Source: Planctomycetales bacterium
Lineage (GTDB): Bacteria > 4484-113 > JAFGCY01
Direction: 5' to 3'
Assembly: GCA_022646745.1 (NCBI GenBank)
Contig: CP060262.1
Location: 4,020,001-4,052,000 of the forward strand
Length of the DNA: 32,000 bases
Positions 17,262 through 24,615 of this stretch are shown piece after piece. The number at the start of each line of letters is the position of its first letter. Within the stretch, counting starts at the first letter, position 1. A model generated the notes under the pieces. The model saw nothing but the letters and a program-made list of their open reading frames with translations. It did not search any database and was not told the DNA's origin. Both the position numbers and the translations under genes were made by a program.

Positions 17262-17576
17262 TCAGAGGATTGACTGGACTTCCTGCTTGAGGTTGTCGTA
17301 GTCACGGAATCCGACGATCTTCTTGATCTCCTGTCCGTCGCGGAAGAAGATCATGGTCGGCACACCTGAGATGTTGAACTGCTGGCTCAGGCCAGGATTC
17401 TTGTCGGTGTCGACACCGAACACGTCGAGCTGGTCGCTGAACTCAAGGCTGATGCGCTCAACCACCGGGTGCAGCATCTTGCACGGCGGGCACCAGGTAG
17501 CGGAAAAGTCCACCAGAACTGGCTTGCTGGACTTGACGACCTTCTCCTCAAACATGTCTTCGTTGATATCGATCAC
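17262..17576 (-). CDS. trxA: Thioredoxin
   Basis: WCPPCKM active site in VLVDFSATWCPPCKMLHPVVE...GVPTMIFFRDGQ. AGGAGG lies 5 nt before GTG 17576, giving a typical 104 aa. I reject the longer track start at 17642. Confidence 0.92.
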   Translation of the reverse strand: MIDINEDMFEEKVVKSSKPVLVDFSATWCPPCKMLHPVVERISLEFSDQLDVFGVDTDKNPGLSQQFNISGVPTMIFFRDGQEIKKIVGFRDYDNLKQEVQSIL

Positions 17577-17604
17577 TTGATCCTCCTGTGCTGATCCAAT
17601 GCGG

Positions 17605-17613
17605 ATTATAACA
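17605..17613 (-). promoter_or_regulatory. Extended -10 promoter for trxA (and probably the downstream phosphohexomutase)
   Basis: The minus strand reads TGtTATAAT, a consensus extended -10, about 30 nt upstream of the trxA GTG. Confidence 0.55.
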
Positions 17614-17695
17614 TTCACCGATTCCGCAGGCAGGCCCCACACAGGTCTGTTGCATGCAGATTCAATCGATACTACCCGTACATTGTTTGATTATT

Positions 17696-18349
17696 TCACA
17701 ACTTTCCACTAATGAGAATTGCTGTCAGTACACTGCCGATGCCGACGATGAAGTTATCGTCAATTGAACTGCGCAGTGACTCAAGGGCGGCCACGACGAA
17801 TGCGAGGATGGTACTGAGCAGCAGAGCATCGGACATCGCATACGGCACAAGTCCGGAGAGTGGAACCGCGAAGCATGACAGACCGGCAGCGAAACTGCCT
17901 AGCAGCGCACCAAGGCTGCCAAGCCAGGTCTTGTCAGGGTTCCAGGGCACTGTCCGTGCCACCCGCGGACCCGGCCCCAGCAGGCCGCTGAGGCCATCTC
18001 CCCATGCCATTGCCAGCCAGCCGTACATGGCGAAGCGCTGTCCCTCGATCCCGTACGTGTCAAACAGCGGGATCATTGCCAGCAGGATAAGGATCACGAT
18101 TGCGTAGACCTGGAAGCCGGTCACGGTGTTAGTCTGGCGGTCACTGGGCTTGGCCAGCCTGTTGATGAAGCTGAATCGGTCCGCACGCAGCCAGAATGTG
18201 AAGAGCACTCCGCTGATTGCCACAGCTAGCGCGATGTTATGGGGGATGAAGGGAATCAGGAGCGCAGGGAAGCCCAGCAGCAGGTGCAGCACTTTCCTCG
18301 TCCGTCTGTCATAGCCGCCTCCGTTGGCCACTGGAGGATTGTCCCACAT
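17696..18349 (-). CDS. Polyprenol/dolichol/phytol-kinase-like membrane protein (CTP_transf_1, SEC59/DGK1/VTE5-like)
   Basis: Multi-TM protein with RRTRKVLHLLLGF near the N-terminus and WGDGLSGLLGPG....VPWNPDKTWLGSLGALLGSF, matching the GDG...G...K(S/T)xxGS motif of this family. The start at ATG 18349 keeps the RK..H motif. Confidence 0.65.
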   Translation of the reverse strand: MWDNPPVANGGGYDRRTRKVLHLLLGFPALLIPFIPHNIALAVAISGVLFTFWLRADRFSFINRLAKPSDRQTNTVTGFQVYAIVILILLAMIPLFDTYGIEGQRFAMYGWLAMAWGDGLSGLLGPGPRVARTVPWNPDKTWLGSLGALLGSFAAGLSCFAVPLSGLVPYAMSDALLLSTILAFVVAALESLRSSIDDNFIVGIGSVLTAILISGKL

Positions 18350-18367
18350 TTCGCGGATAATGAATGT

Positions 18368-19399
18368 ATGGCTGAGAGGATATGCCTGCTCACACGAGGT
18401 AGCCACGACTACGGCATGGGCCACCTGCACCGCTGCTGCTGGATGCTGGAAGCCCTGCGCGACAGCGGCCGTGACCTGCACCTGCAGGTCTGTTGCCAGA
18501 GTGGTGAGGAAGCGCATGCCCTGTTGTCCAGTCGCGGGATCCACGCCAGTTACGCTGACTGGCTGTCGATGCAGCACCCCCTGCCGGAATGCGACCTGCT
18601 GCTGGTTGACTGGCTGAACTGTCCCGTCGGATTCCTTTATCAATGTGCCAGGTCTGCCCGGCGTACGATGCTGCTGGATGACTACGGCCCTGAGACCACA
18701 CAGGCGGATGTCTGCCTGCGGAGCCTGCTGGCGGACATTGCACCGGCCCATGGTCGTGAGGGCCGGGCAGAGGTCTACAGTGGGATAACGTACCTGCAGC
18801 TCTCTCCGGAACTGCTGCGGATCAGGTATGGCGCTGAGGCCAGCCAGCAGGCGATGGCAACAGAGTTGTCACGCCCGATTGAGCGGACGCCCGGACCGGT
18901 GCACAGCATCATGCTGAGCTTTGGCGGTACGCCGCGCCTGCCCCAGACGGAGTTCGCACTCAAGCTGCTGCGTGAGCTGGAGTTCGCTGGCCGGGTGATC
19001 GTCAAGCCGGCGCACCCGCTGACAGTCATCCCAGCCGGACTGGATGTTGAACTGCATGAGGATGTAGAACACTTCCATGAACTGCTCAGCGCTTGTGACA
19101 TGTGCATCATCGGTGGCGGATTGACGCTTTACGAAGCCTCCTTCCTCGGTGTGCCCTCGCTTGTCCTGCCCGTGGTGGACCACCAGCTGGCCACCGCACG
19201 GAAACTCAATGCAGCGGGCTGCTGCCTGATCGGTGGCAAGACCGATGAACTGAACCACAACCTTGCCGCCGGAAGATTGATGGAACTGATCGGCGGAGCC
19301 AACCTGCGTGGTCGGATGACCCATAACAGCACTCGCCTGATAGATGGATTCGGGCTGCAGCGCACACTGGAGATAATGTTCAGGCTGCTGGGCAGCTGA
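18368..19399 (+). CDS. PseG/SpsG-like GT-B fold protein (nucleotide-sugar hydrolase or glycosyltransferase-28 C-terminal type)
   Basis: ICLLTRGSHDYGMGHLHRCCWMLEAL (PseG-like N-terminus) and IIGGGLTLYEASFLGVPSLVLPVVDHQLATARKLNAAG (GT-B C-terminal motif). I prefer ATG 18368 because the track start at 18239 overlaps the divergent gene. Confidence 0.6.
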   Translation: MAERICLLTRGSHDYGMGHLHRCCWMLEALRDSGRDLHLQVCCQSGEEAHALLSSRGIHASYADWLSMQHPLPECDLLLVDWLNCPVGFLYQCARSARRTMLLDDYGPETTQADVCLRSLLADIAPAHGREGRAEVYSGITYLQLSPELLRIRYGAEASQQAMATELSRPIERTPGPVHSIMLSFGGTPRLPQTEFALKLLRELEFAGRVIVKPAHPLTVIPAGLDVELHEDVEHFHELLSACDMCIIGGGLTLYEASFLGVPSLVLPVVDHQLATARKLNAAGCCLIGGKTDELNHNLAAGRLMELIGGANLRGRMTHNSTRLIDGFGLQRTLEIMFRLLGS

Positions 19400-19415
19400 A
19401 GCTCCTGTTGACAAA

Positions 19416-19433
19416 TGTTGATGGGTATCAACA
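19416..19433 (+). terminator. Weak hairpin after the PseG-like gene
   Basis: TGTTGAT-GGGT-ATCAACA followed by GATTTG. An alternative pairing uses CTGTTGA at 19405-19411. The CTGTTGAC 8-mer recurs at 19509-19516, where TTGACC is a -35 candidate for the ABC operon. Confidence 0.3.
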
Positions 19434-19593
19434 GATTTGCTAGTCGAAATGAGCCCTTCCAGCCAGCAACTCGATTTGCAATCAACGGACTGTGCAAAAC
19501 CAGGAAGCCTGTTGACCTGGTGTGGATGTGCAGCAGATATACATATAAACATATGGCCAACAGCCCGGGCCCGCGGATGGGATAATTGCCCTG

Positions 19594-20550
19594 ATGCCTG
19601 TTGCCGTAGAGATCAGGGAACTGCACAAGAGCTACCGGCGGCGCCTGCCCTGGACCAGCCAGTCCACCACTGCGGTGGACGGCCTTGAGCTGCAGGTCCC
19701 GCGCGGCGAGATTTTCGGCCTGCTTGGCAGCAATGGCGCAGGCAAGACCACCACGATCAAGATGATCGCTGGCCTGGTAGTGCCTGACAGTGGCAGCATC
19801 AGCTTCCCCGCCTGGCAAGGCCTCCCGCAGCTCGGTGCCGTGCTGGAAGGCAGCCGCAACCTGTATTGGCGCCTGTCAGTGTGGGAGAACATCGCCTACT
19901 TCGGGGAACTGAAGGGCGTCTATATGAATGCCCTGCGTCCGCAGGCCAGCGAACTGCTGGAGATGTTCGGCCTTGCTGACAAGCGCGACCGGCCAGCGCA
20001 GACCCTTTCGCGCGGTATGCAGCAAAAACTGGCAGTCGTTCTTGCCCTGCTGGGAGAGCCGGAGCTGCTGCTTCTGGACGAGCCCACGCTCGGACTGGAC
20101 GTGAGCAGCTCGCTGACGATCCAGCGCCTGCTGAAGGACCTCGTACGCGAACGCGGCCTGACCATCATCGTGACAACCCACCAGATGGAGGTGGCGCAGT
20201 CCATCTGCCGCCGCGTCGGCATCATGAAGGCGGGCCGCATCGAGCTGGAGGACAGCATCGATTCGCTCGTGGACCTGTTTGGCCGCTCCGACTACCTGAT
20301 GCGCATGACGCAGGATGCCTTTGCAACAATCCAGCCTGAACTGTCCGACTACCGATTTGAACAACTTGATGAACCCAGGCCTGGCCAGGTCAGTCTGCGC
20401 ATCCAGCTTGCGGACAGCCTGGCGATCTATCCGCTGCTGGAGATCCTGGCCAGGCACAAGGTGGAGTTGAGCCGCTTCAGCCAGGAGCAGCCCACGCTTG
20501 AGGAGATCTTCGTGAAGGTCACCGCCGGCCGGCCGGAGGCAAGGCCATGA
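19594..20550 (+). CDS. ABC transporter ATP-binding protein (ABC-2 / DrrA-like exporter subfamily)
   Basis: Walker A GLLGSNGAGKTT, signature LSRGMQQKL, Walker B LLLLDEPTLGLD, H-loop TTHQM. Confidence 0.92.
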   Translation: MPVAVEIRELHKSYRRRLPWTSQSTTAVDGLELQVPRGEIFGLLGSNGAGKTTTIKMIAGLVVPDSGSISFPAWQGLPQLGAVLEGSRNLYWRLSVWENIAYFGELKGVYMNALRPQASELLEMFGLADKRDRPAQTLSRGMQQKLAVVLALLGEPELLLLDEPTLGLDVSSSLTIQRLLKDLVRERGLTIIVTTHQMEVAQSICRRVGIMKAGRIELEDSIDSLVDLFGRSDYLMRMTQDAFATIQPELSDYRFEQLDEPRPGQVSLRIQLADSLAIYPLLEILARHKVELSRFSQEQPTLEEIFVKVTAGRPEARP

Positions 20551-21347
20551 GCACACGCTGGCTGAAGGTGATGCGTGCGGAGTACCTGCGAGAACTGCGC
20601 ACCGCATTGCGCTACCCGATGGAGATCGGCACCGGCCTGCTTGTAATGTTCCTGTTCTTCGCCGGCATCTTCTTCGGTGCGCGCCAGATCGCCGGTGGAG
20701 TGATCAGCGCTGAGAACACCGAGATGCTGATGATCGGCTACTGCATGTGGTTCTTCGCCATCATCGCACTGAACGCCATGAGCATCGACGTCGAGAATGA
20801 AGCGCGCCAGGGCACGCTGGAGCAGGTGTTCATCTGTGCACCGGCTTTCCTGCCGGTGCTGTGGATCAGGGCACTCGTAAAGCTCAGCTACGGCTTCTTC
20901 ACTGTAATGCTATTGAGCCTGATGCTGCAGTTGGTCACCGGCCAGTGGATCAGCTTCCAGCTGGCAGACATCCTGCCCGGCATCGCAGCGATTGTGCTCA
21001 GCATAGCCGGAGTCACCGGGCTGGGCCTGATGCTAGGTGCGCTGTCGCTGGTACTCAAGCGAGTCGGGCAGCTTTCCAGCATCATCCAGTTCAGCCTGTT
21101 CATCCCGGCATTCTATGACTTCAGCAAGCTCAACCCCCAGGCCCAGGCCTGGATCGGCCACTTCCCCTTCACCCGCGGGATCATGCTGCTGAGAGAGCTG
21201 ACTTCGACTGACAGCCTGCCTTCAGGCTACTGGGCGCAGATAGGATGGCTGAGTATTGATGCAGCCATATTCGCAATCATCGGCAGCCTGGTTTTCTCAG
21301 CAATGGAGCGGCTTGCCAAGCAGGACGGCTCCCTGGCCCATTACTGA
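20547..21347 (+). CDS. ABC-2 type transporter permease
   Basis: ATGA overlap with the ATPase stop. About 6 predicted hydrophobic helices and a typical 266-aa ABC-2 size. Confidence 0.8.
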   Translation: MSTRWLKVMRAEYLRELRTALRYPMEIGTGLLVMFLFFAGIFFGARQIAGGVISAENTEMLMIGYCMWFFAIIALNAMSIDVENEARQGTLEQVFICAPAFLPVLWIRALVKLSYGFFTVMLLSLMLQLVTGQWISFQLADILPGIAAIVLSIAGVTGLGLMLGALSLVLKRVGQLSSIIQFSLFIPAFYDFSKLNPQAQAWIGHFPFTRGIMLLRELTSTDSLPSGYWAQIGWLSIDAAIFAIIGSLVFSAMERLAKQDGSLAHY

Positions 21348-21512
21348 TGCGCCCTCAAACCAGCCAATCAATTGGTTAAATCCCCGTTAAGCAAATGAAC
21401 AGAAGCCCCACCAGGCCACGTCTGACTGGCTTCTGTGGATAACCCCCACAGATTATACTTATGGTCTGTTAAGCGAAATTTTGGCGTTTTTGAGGTTAAA
21501 GCGGTTTTTCTG

Positions 21513-21521
21513 TGATATAAA
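21513..21521 (+). promoter_or_regulatory. Extended -10 promoter candidate for the SLT gene
   Basis: TGaTATAAA (TG at 21513-21514, hexamer 21516-21521) lies ~90 nt upstream of ATG 21612. Confidence 0.4.
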
Positions 21522-21535
21522 ACTGCACTTCACAG

Positions 21536-21595
21536 ACGGGTGCACGTTCTGCCAGGAAAGGATTCCGGCGGAGGCGGCACCGTTTTCGCTTTCTC
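21536..21595 (+). terminator. Terminator-like nested hairpin plus U-rich tract in the SLT leader
   Basis: ACGG(G)TGC at 21536-21543 pairs with GCACCGT at 21577-21583. Inner hairpin is GCC(A)GG 21551-21556 with CCGGC 21565-21569. This is followed by TTTTCGCTTTCTC, then GAGGAG and the ATG. Confidence 0.4.
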
Positions 21596-21611
21596 AGAGG
21601 AGATCTGAATC

Positions 21612-22244
21612 ATGTTCATACTGGAAATACTGGCGATGCTCATGCCGTTACTTCAGCCTGCCCCGCAGGTTGAACTTGCGGTGCAGGCTTCGCAGGTGAC
21701 AAACGCCGCGGCGATGAGCGCTGCGACTGAAACCATCGACTGGCAGATCAACCGTCCCGTGGACAGCTGGAGAATCGCCCTGCGCGAGGAACTGGCCGAT
21801 GATGCCGGATACGCCGCCCGTGTTGAGGCGGCGATCGACAATGCAGTGGAGTTGACCGGTGCCGACCCGGCAATGCTCTGGAGCGTGGCCTACACGGAGA
21901 GCCATGGACGCCACGAAAGCAGCCCCGGAAATGTAAAGCGGGGTGGCAGCGGTGAAGTCGGAATGATGCAGGTGATGCCTTTCTGGAGCCGCAGCCTCGA
22001 GAAGAAGTACGGATTCGAGCTTGACCTGTTCAAGCTTGAGGATAATGTGATCGCAGGGGCGATCGTGCTGAGCCGCGGCGGTGAGAGCCCGCAGCACATG
22101 CTCAGCTACTACAACACCGGCCAGCGCATCCGCAGCAGCGCTTACCAGCGCAAGGTGATGCGGTACTGGAGCGGACTGACCGAGATCCCGGACAGCATCG
22201 AGTACAAGGATGAGATCCTGCTCGTCAGTGCCCAGGCCTGGTAA
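21612..22244 (+). CDS. Lytic transglycosylase (SLT domain) protein
   Basis: MLWSVAYTESHG (catalytic Glu-Ser), GEVGMMQVMP and SYYNTG match the SLT family motifs. Confidence 0.8.
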   Translation: MFILEILAMLMPLLQPAPQVELAVQASQVTNAAAMSAATETIDWQINRPVDSWRIALREELADDAGYAARVEAAIDNAVELTGADPAMLWSVAYTESHGRHESSPGNVKRGGSGEVGMMQVMPFWSRSLEKKYGFELDLFKLEDNVIAGAIVLSRGGESPQHMLSYYNTGQRIRSSAYQRKVMRYWSGLTEIPDSIEYKDEILLVSAQAW

Positions 22245-22271
22245 GACCGCACATTAGACAAGGACACAGCT

Positions 22272-22301
22272 GGCCCCGCTAAGGCGGGGCCATTTTTGTT
22301 T
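22272..22301 (+). terminator. Rho-independent terminator of the SLT gene
   Basis: GGCCCCGC-TAAG-GCGGGGCC (8-bp GC stem) followed by ATTTTTGTTT. Confidence 0.85.
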
Positions 22302-22343
22302 CTCAATGTGAAATCTGACAGGTTGTTCCTGTCCACTACAAGC

Positions 22344-22374
22344 AAAAAGGCCGGGAGGATCTCCCGGCCTTTTC
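22344..22374. terminator. Bidirectional rho-independent terminator
   Basis: AAAAA-GGCCGGGAG-GAT-CTCCCGGCC-TTTT. 9-bp perfect stem with A-run and T-run flanks. It serves the minus-strand gene ending at 22411. Confidence 0.8.
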
Positions 22375-22410
22375 AATTCCGATTCATTGCAGGTGCTAGC
22401 CTGCCCTGCC

Positions 22411-22950
22411 CTATTCCTCCTTGGGCTCGGCGGGCTTGTCCTTCTTCTCCTCGAAGGGCTTGCCTTCCTTCTCCTTCGCTTCAGCGGCCTTCTTCTTTTC
22501 CTCAGTGGCCTTCTTCACGTTGTCGAAGTACTTGCGGTGCAATTCCTTATAGTCACGCGGGATGTTCTGCGTGTCGATTGCCTGCTGGTCACCGATGTTG
22601 TCAGCACCAACCGTGTTGACGAACTCACGCAGTGCCTCCTGGGTCTCCGGTGAGCTCTTGACCTCCTCCACCTTGGACGGCGGGGCAGCCTGGTTGAACT
22701 GGCCGTGGAGCTGTTCATCATTCACGCCATGCGCCAGGTCCTGCGAGTCATAGAGCTGGTCATACTGCGTGGTGCCGGTGTCCATCAGCGAGTCGCTGCC
22801 GTTCATGCGGCTGGAATCGATCTGCGGGTCGGTGGCCTCACTGCCGGTGCTGCCATAAGGCGTGGTGCCAATGCCCCAGCCGCTGGCGCCACCGCCCTGG
22901 GTCTGGCCGAACTTGAATCCCTGCTTCATTGCATTGAGTTGTGCGATCAA
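22411..22950 (-). CDS. C-terminal segment of the Gln-rich coiled-coil protein (same frame as the upstream ORF, separated by one TGA)
   Basis: The frame stays open from 22971. It has no SD and only a TTG start. It ends ...NIPRDYKELHRKYFDNVKK plus a Lys/Glu-rich tail, followed by the terminator at 22344-22374. Confidence 0.5.
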   Translation of the reverse strand: MIAQLNAMKQGFKFGQTQGGGASGWGIGTTPYGSTGSEATDPQIDSSRMNGSDSLMDTGTTQYDQLYDSQDLAHGVNDEQLHGQFNQAAPPSKVEEVKSSPETQEALREFVNTVGADNIGDQQAIDTQNIPRDYKELHRKYFDNVKKATEEKKKAAEAKEKEGKPFEEKKDKPAEPKEE

Positions 22951-22971
22951 CTGACCGCAGCTGCCACCACT

Positions 22972-24438
22972 TCAAGTGCCGCCCGACATCTGCTGCTGGC
23001 TGCCCTGCATCTGGCTCGCCATGCCTTGCCGGTTCTGCTGGAGCTGCTGGTTGATATCCTGCATGCTCTGGCCCTGCTGCCCCTGTTGTCCCTGCTGCCC
23101 TTGCTGGAAGTTGTCCAGCGCCTGCTGGATCGCCTGCTGGGCTGACTGCTGCTGCTGCTGGCTCATCTGCTGGTTCTGTCCGACCTGCTGCTGGGCCTGC
23201 TGCAGTGCCTGCTGCATCTGCTGCATCGTCTGCTGGCTGACCATGCCCTGCTGCTGCATCTGCTGCTGCATCTGCTGCATCAACTGCTGGAGCTGCTGGG
23301 ACTGCTGGTTCATGCCACCCTGCTGCAGCTGCTGGGCTGCGTTGTTCACGTCCTTCTCGAGCTTATCCAGCGCGTTCTGCATTGCCTGGCGAAGCTCCTG
23401 CTCCTGCTGGATGGCCTGCTTGAGGTCCTCCAGCATCTTCTTTAAGTCCTCAGTGCCGTCCATCTGGGCGGCATCGCTCTTGAGGCTCTCGTCCATCGCC
23501 TTCATCAGTTCCTGCAGGAAATCCATCTGCTGCTGGCTGAGCTTGCCGGACTTCATGTCGTTGAGCATCTTGTCCAGCTGCTGGCTGAACTTGCTGAAGT
23601 CCATGTTCTCCAGTGCCTCGCCAAGTTCCTTGGTCTGGGCACCGTTCTTCAGCTCCTCGGCAAGCTCCTTCATCAGGGCACGCTGGCCTTCCGGGATGCG
23701 CTCCAGCGACTGGCTCTCCAGCTTCTGGGTCAGGCGCTGCAGTTCCTTCAGCGCTTCCTTCTTGTTCAGGTTGTTGTTCTTGAGCTTCTCGCCGCTCTTC
23801 TGCAGTTCCTTGCTGGCTTCCTTGAGGACCTCGTCCTTTTCCTCGACAGCCTTTTTCTCGGTCTGCTTGGCAAGCTTAAGCAGCTTCTCGCCTTCATTGT
23901 TGACTACCTTCGCCTCGGCGCGGTCACTGTCTGACACCAGCCAGTTGAGCTGCGGCATGAAGGTCAGGCCGGCGGCGATGACCAGCGCCGGCAGCGCGAT
24001 GCGCCAGGCCCGCGGCATGCGCCAGGGGTAGACCTGCTTCATCTCGAGCTTCTCCACCGTGCCGGCGGCATCAGCCACAAGTGCCTTGACGAAGGCGTCC
24101 TTGCGGTGCTTGCCATGGTCCAGGGAGAGCGCGGAGCTGATGCGCTCCTTGGTGCCGAGCGTGATGTCGATGTCATTGGCGACGCTGATCTCCGTCAGGC
24201 GGTGCAGCACACCGCGCACCACGAAGGTCATCATTCCCGCCAGCACCAGGCCGCCCGCGATCAGGTAGCTCGTGGTGTTGCCAAAGGGCATGATGAACAG
24301 CTTGGTCGCCAGGATGAACAGGGCCGCCGGGATTGCTCCCCAGAACAGGCCGACCATCAGGTACTCGAGCACGATCTGAACACGCCTCACGCGCTTCAGG
24401 CTGCCCACCCTTGATCTGATCTTCTCGCGATCACTCAT
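22972..24438 (-). CDS. Membrane-anchored (2 N-terminal TMs plus a third) coiled-coil protein with an extreme Gln-rich C-terminal region (DUF4175-like architecture, tentative)
   Basis: GGGGAG lies 8 nt before ATG 24438. MSDREKIRSRVGSLKRVRR, TM pair, ANDIDITLGTKERISSALSL, TM, K/E/L coiled coil, then a QQ.QQ.MQQ tract. It ends at TGA 22972-22974. Confidence 0.7.
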   Translation of the reverse strand: MSDREKIRSRVGSLKRVRRVQIVLEYLMVGLFWGAIPAALFILATKLFIMPFGNTTSYLIAGGLVLAGMMTFVVRGVLHRLTEISVANDIDITLGTKERISSALSLDHGKHRKDAFVKALVADAAGTVEKLEMKQVYPWRMPRAWRIALPALVIAAGLTFMPQLNWLVSDSDRAEAKVVNNEGEKLLKLAKQTEKKAVEEKDEVLKEASKELQKSGEKLKNNNLNKKEALKELQRLTQKLESQSLERIPEGQRALMKELAEELKNGAQTKELGEALENMDFSKFSQQLDKMLNDMKSGKLSQQQMDFLQELMKAMDESLKSDAAQMDGTEDLKKMLEDLKQAIQQEQELRQAMQNALDKLEKDVNNAAQQLQQGGMNQQSQQLQQLMQQMQQQMQQQGMVSQQTMQQMQQALQQAQQQVGQNQQMSQQQQQSAQQAIQQALDNFQQGQQGQQGQQGQSMQDINQQLQQNRQGMASQMQGSQQQMSGGT

Positions 24439-24615
24439 GTATCTGCTCCCCACAGCCGCATGCATTTGTCCGTACGGCGAACCGGCCGGACTGCGGCCGC
24501 ATAGCTTGCACTCTACACCTTAACATACAAGACGCCCATTTGCGCCATTATGTTTCCTTCAGGCCGCGCCCTGAGAGGGATTCAACCCTACTGGCACCTG
24601 GGATATCATCTGCGG

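Noticed and set aside
18350-18751. N-terminal 134-aa extension of the track ORF 17696..18751
   Set aside because: The extension is antisense to the well-supported PseG-like gene and is low complexity. The family motif RK..H sits just after the internal ATG at 18349.
21434-21442. oriC suspected from a perfect DnaA box (TGTGGATAA) and from proximity to the rpmH-rnpA-yidC cluster
   Set aside because: I found only one consensus box and no cluster of boxes. No adjacent dnaA or dnaN and no clear AT-rich unwinding element are present. The 9-mer is also part of a hairpin arm. It is kept as a minor note in one finding, and a GC-skew calculation on the whole contig would settle it.
22972-22974. Selenocysteine or genetic-code reassignment at the in-frame TGA
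   Set aside because: Other genes in the window terminate at TGA. Downstream there is only a 5-bp AGTTG/CAACT stem, with no SECIS-like apical loop at the expected distance. A Sec in a Gly/Ser linker has no obvious redox rationale.
22976-24031. 351-aa Cys/Trp-rich ORF on the plus strand (CCPCCPCCPCW..., CCICCIVCW...)
   Set aside because: It is the antisense reading of the CAG/CAA-rich Gln tract, where CTG/TGC/TGG periodicity mimics a Cys-rich peptide. It has no RBS and is entirely embedded in the opposite-strand gene.
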